A stretch of DNA of 64,000 nucleotides from an uncultured Acidobacteriota bacterium (lineage in GTDB: Bacteria > Acidobacteriota > Polarisedimenticolia > Polarisedimenticolales > DASRJG01), in assembly GCA_964647625.1 (NCBI GenBank), contig CAZYHZ010000001.1, positions 94,742-158,741 on the forward strand, in the 5' to 3' direction. This document shows positions 34,206-42,241 of this stretch, in pieces (positions within the stretch are counted from its first letter, which is position 1; every line of letters begins with the position of its first letter). The notes under the pieces were generated by a model. The model made no database searches. It was given only the letters and a program-made list of their open reading frames with translations, and was not told the origin of the DNA. The position numbers and the translations under genes are program-made.

Positions 34206-36137
34206 TCAACGCGGCGCCCCCGCCCGCCCGCCGACCATGACCCGCGCCCGCTCGAGGTTCGTGCGCGCCTCCCCGTACTCGGGCGCGATCGAGACGGCAC
34301 GCTCGAACTGATCGAGAGCCTCGGCCATCCTCCCCTGCTGCGCCAGGGCCACGCCGAGGTTGTTGTGGGCCTCCGCGTTCCCCGGCGCCGCCTCGATGGC
34401 CTGCCGGAACCGCTGGATGGCTTCGGCGCCGCGGCTCTCCCGCGCCAAGGCGAGCCCCAGATTGTTCAGCGCGCCGGCAAACCCCGGCCGCAGCCGGACG
34501 GCTTCCTCGAAGTGCTCGATCGCCTCGGCCGTCCTCCCCTGGCGTGAGAGGAGAGCGCCCATCGCGTCGTGCGTCTCCGCGCTATTCGGGACGAGCCGCA
34601 GCGCCTCGCGATAGTGGGCGAGCGCCGCGTCGGGCCGGCCGGCGCCGGCCCAGGCTCCCGCCGCACCGAGATGCGCGACGGCGGAGTCGGGGCGAACGCG
34701 CACGGCGCGCTCGAACTGCTCGGCCGCAGCGGCATCATTGCCGAGCTTCATGAATGCGGTCCCGAGATTGACGAGCGCACTCCCGTAGTCGGGCTTGATC
34801 GCGAGAGCGGCCTTATAGTGCGCGATCGCTTCGGTCGTGCGTCCGGAGTCGTCGAGGGCGCGGCCGAGGATATCGTGGGCCATCCAGTTGCCGGTCGTCA
34901 CGGCCAGCGCGTGCTCGAAGAGCGTGCGGGTGTCCGCCCAGACGGCGACCTGCGCGCGGGTGGCGAGCGTGAGGGCGGCGATGACGGCGGTTGCTCCGGC
35001 AGCGACGCCGCTCTGCACCGCCCGACTCCGGCGTCGAACGCGGGCGGTCGCCTCCGCAATGGACCACACGACGAGGACGAACACGCCGATCAGCGGAACG
35101 TAGGTGAAGCGATCCGCGCTCGCGTGCATTCCTACCCGCACGATCCCGAGCACGGGAACCAAAGACACGAGGTACCACAGCCACCCGGCGGGAACCCAGG
35201 GCGCGCGGCGCCCGAACAGGATCGACGCCGCCGTCGTCGCGGCGAGAGCCGCTCCTGCGAGTGCCGCGAGTGCTACGGACGGGCCGCCGCGGGGCAGCGG
35301 ATAGAAAACCGCGAGTCTCGCGGGCCACGCGGTGCGGACGAGGTACGCGACGCACGACACCGCGGCGTTGGCGAAGCGCGACGCGAGCGGGATGCTGTCG
35401 GTCGGAGGCCCGCCCGACCTCGCGGCGAGCGCGGTCACGGCGATCGATCCCGCCGAGAGCAGCAACAGAGGGACCTTCTCGAGGAGCAGAGCCCGCAGGC
35501 TCGGTCGGTCAAGCCGGCAAAGCGGCCAGAAGTCGAGGAGCAAGAGCAGCAGCGGCAGCGTCACGAGCATCGGCTTCGACAGCAGCGACGCCGCGAATGC
35601 CGCGGCCACGATCGTCATCCGGCCTGCCGAGCGCCTCGACACGTAACGCAGATAGGCGGCGATCGCGAGCAAGCCGAAGAAGGTGCTCAGGACGTCCTTG
35701 CGCTCGACCACCCACGCCACCGATTCGACGTGGAGCGGATGCACGGCGAAGAGCGCCGCGACGAGCCAGCTCCTTGCGAAAAACCCGGTCGCGCGCAGGA
35801 GCACGAGAAAAAGGATGACCCCGTTCGCGAGGTGGAACAGCAGGTTCGTCGCGTGGAATGCGCGCGGGCCCCCGCCGCCGAGACTCGCGTCGAGCATCAG
35901 CGACATCCAGGTGAGCGGATGCCAGGTCGATTCCGTGGTGGTCGTGAACGCCCAAGCGATGCCGGACGCCGTGAGGCCGTGGAGCACGTGCGGGTTGTCG
36001 GTCACGTAGATGCCGTCGTCGAGATCGACGAATCCGCAGGAGCGCACGCCCCACAGGGCGAACGCGGACAGGATCGCCAGGGCGGCAGCTGCCGCCGCGA
36101 CCGCCGGGGCTCTCGAACGGGCTTTCCGCGTTACGAT
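34206..36137 (-). CDS. TMTC-like GT-C membrane protein with C-terminal TPR array (putative protein O-mannosyltransferase homologue); start codon unresolved
   Basis: The N-terminal membrane domain carries the motifs I remember from metazoan TMTC proteins (GFVDLDDGIYVTDN; TWHPLTWMSLMLD; FHATNLLFHLANG; LFAVHPLHVESVAWVVERKDVLSTFFGLLAIAAYLRY). About 9 TPR units follow, up to the stop. There is no in-frame ATG, GTG or TTG between the first TM helix and the divergent aminotransferase gene, so the 36137 end (an ATC codon) is only a placeholder. Confidence 0.75.
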   Translation of the reverse strand: MVTRKARSRAPAVAAAAAALAILSAFALWGVRSCGFVDLDDGIYVTDNPHVLHGLTASGIAWAFTTTTESTWHPLTWMSLMLDASLGGGGPRAFHATNLLFHLANGVILFLVLLRATGFFARSWLVAALFAVHPLHVESVAWVVERKDVLSTFFGLLAIAAYLRYVSRRSAGRMTIVAAAFAASLLSKPMLVTLPLLLLLLDFWPLCRLDRPSLRALLLEKVPLLLLSAGSIAVTALAARSGGPPTDSIPLASRFANAAVSCVAYLVRTAWPARLAVFYPLPRGGPSVALAALAGAALAATTAASILFGRRAPWVPAGWLWYLVSLVPVLGIVRVGMHASADRFTYVPLIGVFVLVVWSIAEATARVRRRSRAVQSGVAAGATAVIAALTLATRAQVAVWADTRTLFEHALAVTTGNWMAHDILGRALDDSGRTTEAIAHYKAALAIKPDYGSALVNLGTAFMKLGNDAAAAEQFERAVRVRPDSAVAHLGAAGAWAGAGRPDAALAHYREALRLVPNSAETHDAMGALLSRQGRTAEAIEHFEEAVRLRPGFAGALNNLGLALARESRGAEAIQRFRQAIEAAPGNAEAHNNLGVALAQQGRMAEALDQFERAVSIAPEYGEARTNLERARVMVGGRAGAPR

Positions 36138-36185
36138 GTCGCCGCCACGCCGTGTTCCTCGTCGCTCGTTCGCGGGAGGATAACC

Positions 36186-37493
36186 ATGAATTCGCGCCGA
36201 TCGTTCCTGATTCGCGCCGGGTCGCTGGCGGCGGCCTTCGGCATGCCCGCCGACTTGCTGGCCCAGATGGCCCCCTCGGCCACGCCGGCGAAACCGCTGC
36301 CGCAACCCGACCTGCCCGATCCGTCCCTGTTCGACCGCGACCAGGAAGCGTACTGGAGCCAGATCCGCAAGCAGTTCCTGATTCCCAAGGACGAGGTGTA
36401 CATGAACAACGGGACCGTGGGCTCGTCGCCCCGGCCCGTGATCCAGGCGGTGATGCAAGCGTACGAGCAGACGGAAAAGCTCGAGCAGACCGACCCGGAG
36501 GATTATCCGATCTGGGGATACAGCGAATGGAACGAGCTCCGCGGGCCGCTCTCCAAGTTCATCGGGGCGAAGCAGCACGAGGTGGCCATCGTCCGCAACG
36601 CGACCGAGGCGAACAATTTCATGATCCACGGGCTGGACATGAAGGCGGACGAGGAGATCCTCACGAGCGACCAGGAGCACCCGAGCGGGAACGGGCCGCT
36701 CGGATTGAAGGCGAAGAGATTCGGGATCGTCATCAAGAGGTTCGAGATCCCGAAACCGACCAACGACCCGGCCGAGATCCTGAACCGGATCGGCGACCAG
36801 ATCACGCCCAAGACCCGGGCCATCTTCGTCAGCCACGTCACGACGACGACGGGATTGATCCTGCCGGTGAAGGAAATTTCGGCGCTCGCTCGCAGCAAAG
36901 GAATCGTGTCGATGATCGACGGCGCGCAGGCGGTCGGGGCGTTCAAGGTGGACGTCGGCGACATCGGCTGCGACATGTACGGCTCGAGCCCGCACAAGTG
37001 GCTCATGGCGCCGAAGGGGAGCGGGTTGCTCTACGTGCGCGACGAGATGATCGACCGTGTCTGGAGCACGGTGACCACGGCGGGGTGGGACGATCCGAAG
37101 CTGCGGGCGGCGCGGTTCCAGATGCTGGGTTCGTCGAACGTACCGTCCCTGTGGGGGTATCGGGCGGCGATCGAGTTCGCCAACCGGATCGGGATGGAGA
37201 GGATCGAAAAGCGTCACCGGCAGATGACGGACTACCTGCACGCGGAGATGCTGAAGCGGGGTGCGGAGCCGTGGACGTCGATGAACCCACGCCTACGCTG
37301 CGCGATGTCCGCGGTGAACGTGCCCCCGGTCGAGATCACGAAGCTCGAGCCGGCGCTCTGGGAGAAGCACAGGATCCGCGTTCGCGGAAGCGCCCCGAAC
37401 AAGATCCGCCTGAGCACGCCGTACTATTTGTTGAAGAAAGACGTGGACCGGTTCCTGGCGAAGTTCGACGAGTACAAGGCCACCCTCGCGTGA
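36186..37493 (+). CDS. class V aminotransferase-fold PLP enzyme (cysteine desulfurase / isopenicillin-N epimerase-like) with twin-arginine signal peptide
   Basis: GGGAGGA lies 5 nt before ATG at 36186. The Tat motif is MNSRRSFLIRAGSLAAAFG. The PLP-lysine context is GSSPHKWLMAPKGSGLLYV, and the class V pattern NNGTVGSSP....DGAQAVG is present. Confidence 0.85.
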   Translation: MNSRRSFLIRAGSLAAAFGMPADLLAQMAPSATPAKPLPQPDLPDPSLFDRDQEAYWSQIRKQFLIPKDEVYMNNGTVGSSPRPVIQAVMQAYEQTEKLEQTDPEDYPIWGYSEWNELRGPLSKFIGAKQHEVAIVRNATEANNFMIHGLDMKADEEILTSDQEHPSGNGPLGLKAKRFGIVIKRFEIPKPTNDPAEILNRIGDQITPKTRAIFVSHVTTTTGLILPVKEISALARSKGIVSMIDGAQAVGAFKVDVGDIGCDMYGSSPHKWLMAPKGSGLLYVRDEMIDRVWSTVTTAGWDDPKLRAARFQMLGSSNVPSLWGYRAAIEFANRIGMERIEKRHRQMTDYLHAEMLKRGAEPWTSMNPRLRCAMSAVNVPPVEITKLEPALWEKHRIRVRGSAPNKIRLSTPYYLLKKDVDRFLAKFDEYKATLA

Positions 37494-37518
37494 CCGTCGC
37501 TCCCCGCCTCGCAGCGCG

Positions 37519-38181
37519 CTACCGGTAAACGTCCATCTCGCGCGTCGCGTCCCTCTCGAGGGCGCCCCGCGTCGATTGGAGCGGCGTCTGATCGGTGCCA
37601 TTGATGACGACGCTCCCCGCGGCGATCGCGGTGCGAATCGTTCCTTGCGCCGTGTAGACGAGCTGGAAGATCCTCTCGTTGTAGGCGTCGTGGTCGACCG
37701 TCTTCGACTTCGGGCCCACGCCGTTCCACACGAGGTCGATCGCGACCATGACCGGCTGGTTGGAAGCGTCAAACCCGGCGACGGTGGCGCGAAGGTTGGC
37801 CGTCTTGAAGTTGTTGCTCAGGTGGAGCTCGTCGGGCTCCCCGGATCCGGTGACCGAAAGCACGTGCGCGCCCAGGCACCGATCGAACACGTCGATGAGA
37901 ACGGCGGCGAGGCTCGACTGCGATTCCGTGTCGGTGCTCACGTGGTTCTGACCGCTTCCGCACGTGTCGTCCATGAGGACGACGCCCTGGCTGCTCTCGA
38001 CGTGCACCGCCGTCACGACTCCGAGCGCACACGTGCTCGTGTCCACGCTCTGGAAGTCGGCCGTCACGCCGTCGCCCTGGGAGGAGTAGTGAAGCTTCTC
38101 GATCTCGCAGTATTGCGCCCGGGCGGCGCCCGCCGTGGCGACAAACGCGATCAGCGCACCGGTCATCAGTTTCGCTTTCAT
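37519..38181 (-). CDS. secreted hypothetical protein (220 aa, 5 Cys)
   Basis: ATG at 38181 is preceded by AAGGGGGG. Signal peptide MKAKLMTGALIAFVATAGAARA. The third-position GC is coding-like. I recognise no domain. Confidence 0.6.
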   Translation of the reverse strand: MKAKLMTGALIAFVATAGAARAQYCEIEKLHYSSQGDGVTADFQSVDTSTCALGVVTAVHVESSQGVVLMDDTCGSGQNHVSTDTESQSSLAAVLIDVFDRCLGAHVLSVTGSGEPDELHLSNNFKTANLRATVAGFDASNQPVMVAIDLVWNGVGPKSKTVDHDAYNERIFQLVYTAQGTIRTAIAAGSVVINGTDQTPLQSTRGALERDATREMDVYR

Positions 38182-38270
38182 GGGCCCCCCTTGTCGTCGA
38201 TCCGTCCCCCGACTTTTACGGCGACAGCCCACGGCCGTCAAGGACGCAACGGGACGGCCGCGGCCCGGGC

Positions 38271-39320
38271 TCAGCGGGCGGGCGCGCCCTTGGCGTGCAG
38301 GGGCGGGTCCCCGGCCGGATTGTTGTAGTTGCGGGCGATTTCCCCTTCGAGGTTCTTGGCCCGCTTCTCGGACAGCGAGTGATCGCCGAAGAAGAAGTTG
38401 GTGACCTTGTCCTGGTCGCCGTACTTCTGCGCGAATCGATTCCAGAGCGCGGGCGCCTTGTGGTAATCGTACCCCGCCTCGTAGACGTAACGTAGCCCGA
38501 CCCGGTCGGCCTGATCCTCGTACTCGCGGCTGTACGAATTGCCGAAGGTCGTGACGCCGAGGCTGGTCGCTTTCTTGGCGGCTTCCCGCGCCAGGTCGTT
38601 CCCGATCTTGTCCGCGCCGAGCAGCGCGACCTGCCCGGCGAGACCGGAGAAGACCCCGCCTTTGGCCTGGCGGCGAGAGTGCTCGTAGGTGGCGTGGGTG
38701 ATCTCGTGGCCCAGAACGATCGCCAGCTCGTCGTCGTCCATGTCCTTGATCAAGCCGCTGAACACGTAGATCGAGAAGTTCGCCATCGCCATGGCGTTCC
38801 ATTCCTTGTTGTCGACGACGTAGACGCGCACCTGCTTCGAATCGATGTAGGGCGGCAGCAGCCGGTCCACGATCTTGCGGCAGCGGTCGACCTGGGGCCC
38901 GGTCTCGATGAGCGCGCCGACGTCCGTTTGCTTGCCGCCGGATCCCGACTCCGCGACCTTCTTGGCCTGGACCCACGATTTCTCCGCGGCGTTCGTGCCC
39001 TTGAGCACGTCGGCTTCCATGAACTCCAGGCCGTTCTTCATCGCCTGCACGCGGCTCGCCACGATGCGGCCGTCCGGGCCGCGGCTCCCCTCGCCCTTCA
39101 TGCGGTAGCCGAGCGGGATGTCGGACGCCTTCTTGATGCTGCCGGCGTCCAGCCTCGTGTGCGCGTTGAGCTCGACACGCTGCCCGTCGACGATCCAGAA
39201 GGACGGCTTCTTGAAGTCGAGGTAGCCGTCGAACGAAACGGGGCTCGCAGCGCCGGCCGGAAGCGTCCCTCCGAGGACGATCGCGAGCACGACCAGGCTC
39301 CAGCTCTTTCTCGGGCTCAT
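38271..39320 (-). CDS. secreted M48-family zinc metallopeptidase
   Basis: AAGGAGGG lies 4 nt before ATG at 39320. Signal peptide MSPRKSWSLVVLAIVLGGTLPAGA. The HEXXH motif is present (LGHEITHATYEH), as is the downstream third-ligand motif EYEDQADRVG. Confidence 0.85.
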   Translation of the reverse strand: MSPRKSWSLVVLAIVLGGTLPAGAASPVSFDGYLDFKKPSFWIVDGQRVELNAHTRLDAGSIKKASDIPLGYRMKGEGSRGPDGRIVASRVQAMKNGLEFMEADVLKGTNAAEKSWVQAKKVAESGSGGKQTDVGALIETGPQVDRCRKIVDRLLPPYIDSKQVRVYVVDNKEWNAMAMANFSIYVFSGLIKDMDDDELAIVLGHEITHATYEHSRRQAKGGVFSGLAGQVALLGADKIGNDLAREAAKKATSLGVTTFGNSYSREYEDQADRVGLRYVYEAGYDYHKAPALWNRFAQKYGDQDKVTNFFFGDHSLSEKRAKNLEGEIARNYNNPAGDPPLHAKGAPAR

Positions 39321-39321
39321 G

Positions 39322-39873
39322 TCACCCTCCTTCACGTGACGCGTTGACCCCGCACCGCGTGAAGGCGTCGCGCGTCACACGAAGCGGCTGCGCGATCGAC
39401 CGGCCGTGCTGAGGATCGGCGCCGTAGAGGTCGATGCGATCGTCCCGGATCTCGATCCGCTCGACCATGGTACCGCCGTCCGGAAGGTTGGAGCCCGGTG
39501 AGTAGACGCCCCGGCAAACGAGCTTGCCCTTCGTGCGCTCGAAAAGGGCCACGATCTCCCAGTTGCCGCTTCCGCCCGTATTCCAGACGATCTCGGCGAC
39601 CGCCGACGGCACCCTCGCGACCCGCCCGACCGCGAGCGCGCGCATCTCGGCGAACGGGATCCCGGGCCCGCTGTATTGGCCGCCCTCGAGCTTGACGACA
39701 TGGTCGCCCTCTTCGCCCAGAGCGGGGAGGCACACTTCCGCGTTACGCACCTCGGCGGCGGTCGGCGCCGCCTCGCGGCGGGCGCCGTGCGACGGGGTCG
39801 TGGCGAAAAGCGGCGCCAACGCCGCCGCCGCGGCGATCGCTGCGTGGCGGTGCCGTGCGATCATGCCCCGCAT
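39322..39873 (-). CDS. secreted hypothetical protein (183 aa)
   Basis: ATG at 39873 (or 39864) is followed by a signal-like segment, RHRHAAIAAAAALAPLFATTPSHG. The stop lies 1 nt before the M48 gene start, so the M48 Shine-Dalgarno sequence sits inside this gene's 3' end. I recognise no domain. Confidence 0.55.
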   Translation of the reverse strand: MRGMIARHRHAAIAAAAALAPLFATTPSHGARREAAPTAAEVRNAEVCLPALGEEGDHVVKLEGGQYSGPGIPFAEMRALAVGRVARVPSAVAEIVWNTGGSGNWEIVALFERTKGKLVCRGVYSPGSNLPDGGTMVERIEIRDDRIDLYGADPQHGRSIAQPLRVTRDAFTRCGVNASREGG

Positions 39874-39930
39874 CGTAAACCCGCTTGGGATCGGCGGCGG
39901 ATCTCGACCGGGGTGTGATAATCCCGGCCC

Positions 39931-40884
39931 ATGCTGTCCCGAGCGAAACCGTACTTGATCGGGCTTCTCACCTACACGCCGCTCGCGGCTCGGTATCGGA
40001 TTCCCCGGACCGGGGGCACGGACGACCCCGACTACTGCTACGGTGTTTTTCTGCGGCATCTCGTGCACGCGCACCGCGCGGGGCTCACCCGGTTGCCCGA
40101 GGTCGTCGCGGAGCTGGGCCCCGGCGACTCTCTGGGAACGGGGCTCGCGTGGCTGATCGCCGGCGCCTCGCGGTATCTCGCGTTCGACGTGCGGCGCTAC
40201 GCGACCACGAAGCGGAACGCGGCGGTCTTCGACGCGCTCGTCGCCCGGTTCCTTCGCCGCGCCCCGGCGCCCGGGCGCGAGGCGTTCCCCGAGATGAAGC
40301 CCGACCTCGAGAGCACGTCGTTTCCCTCCGAGATCTTGAGCGACGCGCATCTGACGCGCGCGCTCTCTCCCGATCGTCTCCGCTCGCTCCGCGATTCCCT
40401 CGCGCGCGTGGAGCAAGCGGCTTCGGGTCCGGTCGCCTACATCGTTCCCTGGGACGACGCGGCCAACGTGCGTGAGGGGAGCGTCGATCTGATCTTCTCC
40501 CAGGCGGTCATGGAGCACGTCGAGGAAGTCGACCACGTCTACGCCGTGTGCCGGCGGTGGCTCAAGCCGGGCGGGATGGTCTCGCACCAGATCGACTTCC
40601 GGAGCCACGGGACCTCGCCGACCTGGGACGGGTACCGGTCCTACTCCGAGCTTCAATGGCGCATCGTGCGCGGCCGGCGCGACTACCTGATCAACCGCGT
40701 GCCCGACGCCGGCCATCTGGAGGCGATCCGCCGCCACGGGCTCCGCGTGGTCACGTGCCTTCCTTCCCTCTCGGAGCCGACCCTAAGGCCCGATGCCTAC
40801 GCCCCGCGATTCCGGTCTCTTTCCGACGCGTCGCGCCGCACGTCCGGGTTGTTCGTCCAGGCGGTGCGCGGGGATTCCGTCTAG
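39931..40884 (+). CDS. class I SAM-dependent methyltransferase
   Basis: Motif I is VVAELGPGDSLGTGL. A post-I acidic residue is present, and the late motif is LKPGGMVSHQIDF. ATG start at 39931. Confidence 0.75.
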   Translation: MLSRAKPYLIGLLTYTPLAARYRIPRTGGTDDPDYCYGVFLRHLVHAHRAGLTRLPEVVAELGPGDSLGTGLAWLIAGASRYLAFDVRRYATTKRNAAVFDALVARFLRRAPAPGREAFPEMKPDLESTSFPSEILSDAHLTRALSPDRLRSLRDSLARVEQAASGPVAYIVPWDDAANVREGSVDLIFSQAVMEHVEEVDHVYAVCRRWLKPGGMVSHQIDFRSHGTSPTWDGYRSYSELQWRIVRGRRDYLINRVPDAGHLEAIRRHGLRVVTCLPSLSEPTLRPDAYAPRFRSLSDASRRTSGLFVQAVRGDSV

Positions 40885-40978
40885 CGCCCGAATCGGGAAT
40901 CCGTCAAGGGATCTTGCGGACGGAATCGCTCCGCAATCCCGATCGCCGCCGCGCCCGGAACGCGCGATTGTGGCCTCG

Positions 40979-41440
40979 ATGCGATCCCTGCTTGAAGACG
41001 CCGGGCATCTCGTCCGCCTCGCGGCCGCGTTCGCCGTCCTCGTCGTCCTGTTCGTGATCGCGCGGGGCGCGCTCATCCCGAAGGATTTTGGCACCTACGG
41101 CCACTACCGCGCGGGCGCTCTCGCCGACGCGCGCGCACGTCCGGTCTCGTACGCCGGCCGCGCGGCGTGCGTCGAATGTCACGACGACGTCGACGCGCTG
41201 AAGAAGAAGGGCAAGCACGCGGGGCTCGGGTGCGAGGCCTGCCACGGCGCGCTCGCCCGGCATGCGGCGGATCCGCAGGGCGTCGTTCCCGTCAAGCCCG
41301 ACCCCGCGAAGGTGTGCCTGGTGTGCCATCTGAAGAACGTGGCGAAGCCGGCGGGTTTCCCGCAGATCGATCCCGCGGAGCACGCGGGCTCCGACCCGTG
41401 CGTGACGTGCCACAAACCGCATTCGCCGCTCGATCCCTAG
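40979..41440 (+). CDS. membrane-anchored tetraheme c-type cytochrome
   Basis: ATG at 40979. The N-terminal TM helix is LVRLAAAFAVLVVLFVIA. There are four CxxCH motifs (CVECH, CEACH, CLVCH, CVTCH) within 153 aa. Confidence 0.8.
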   Translation: MRSLLEDAGHLVRLAAAFAVLVVLFVIARGALIPKDFGTYGHYRAGALADARARPVSYAGRAACVECHDDVDALKKKGKHAGLGCEACHGALARHAADPQGVVPVKPDPAKVCLVCHLKNVAKPAGFPQIDPAEHAGSDPCVTCHKPHSPLDP

Positions 41441-41453
41441 GAGGGCGCACCGC

Positions 41454-42230
41454 ATGGATCGAAGGGAGTTCCTCGGTTTGTCCGGCAAGTGCCTCATGCT
41501 CTTCGGAGCGGCCGCGGGGGCGTGGGAGCACGTGCTGGCCGGGACGCCCGAGAAGGCACCGGGGTACGACGCCGCTCGCCACTGGTGGGCGTTCTACATC
41601 GACATCGAGAAGTGCATCGGCTGCGGGAACTGCGTGCGGGCGTGCAAGGAAGAGAACGACGTCGTGCGCGAGCCGTTCTACTTCCGGACGTGGGTCGAGC
41701 GCTACCACATCCCGGCCCGCGATCCGGGGCGGCCCGCCGAGGAGCGCTTGCCCATCGTCGATTCCCCCAACGGCGGGCACGACGGCTTCCCCGAGCGCTA
41801 TCTCGAGTCCGACGGCGGCAAGAGCTTCTTCGTTCCGAAGATGTGCAACCACTGCGCCGACTCGCCGTGCGTCCAGGTCTGCCCGGTGGGCGCCACGTTC
41901 GACAGCCCCGACGGGGTCGTGCTCGTCGACAAGAGCTACTGCCTCGGGTGCAGGTACTGCGTCCAGGCGTGCCCTTACGGGTGCCGGTACATCGATCCGC
42001 GGACGAACACGGTCGACAAGTGCACGCTCTGCTACCACCGGATCACGAAGGGGCTGACGACCGCGTGCTGCGAGGCGTGTCCCACGGGCGCCCGCCTCCT
42101 GGCCGACCTTCGCGATCCGCGCGACCCGATCCACGAGATTCTCCGCACCCACAAGGTGCAGATCCTGAAGCCGCATCTCGCCACCGGCGCCAAGCTCTAC
42201 TACAACGGCCTCGACGGCGCGGTTCGCTGA
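41454..42230 (+). CDS. Tat-exported 4x[4Fe-4S] ferredoxin subunit (NrfC/DsrO/HybA/PsrB family)
   Basis: The Tat signal is MDRREFLGLSG..FGAAAGAW. There are four Cys clusters (CIGCGNCVRACKEEN; CNHCADSPCVQVCPVGA; CLGCRYCVQACPYG; CTLCYHR....CCEACPTGA). Confidence 0.9.
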   Translation: MDRREFLGLSGKCLMLFGAAAGAWEHVLAGTPEKAPGYDAARHWWAFYIDIEKCIGCGNCVRACKEENDVVREPFYFRTWVERYHIPARDPGRPAEERLPIVDSPNGGHDGFPERYLESDGGKSFFVPKMCNHCADSPCVQVCPVGATFDSPDGVVLVDKSYCLGCRYCVQACPYGCRYIDPRTNTVDKCTLCYHRITKGLTTACCEACPTGARLLADLRDPRDPIHEILRTHKVQILKPHLATGAKLYYNGLDGAVR

Positions 42231-42241
42231 GCGGAGATCCG

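Noticed and set aside
34569-37241. Two giant mutually antisense ORFs (34569-37493 plus, 974 aa; 34206-37241 minus, 1011 aa).
   Set aside because: Only the C-terminal ~435 aa of the plus ORF (from ATG 36186, with a Shine-Dalgarno sequence and Tat signal) look real, and only the C-terminal ~640 aa of the minus ORF (TMTC/TPR). The remaining halves are antisense read-through of each other.
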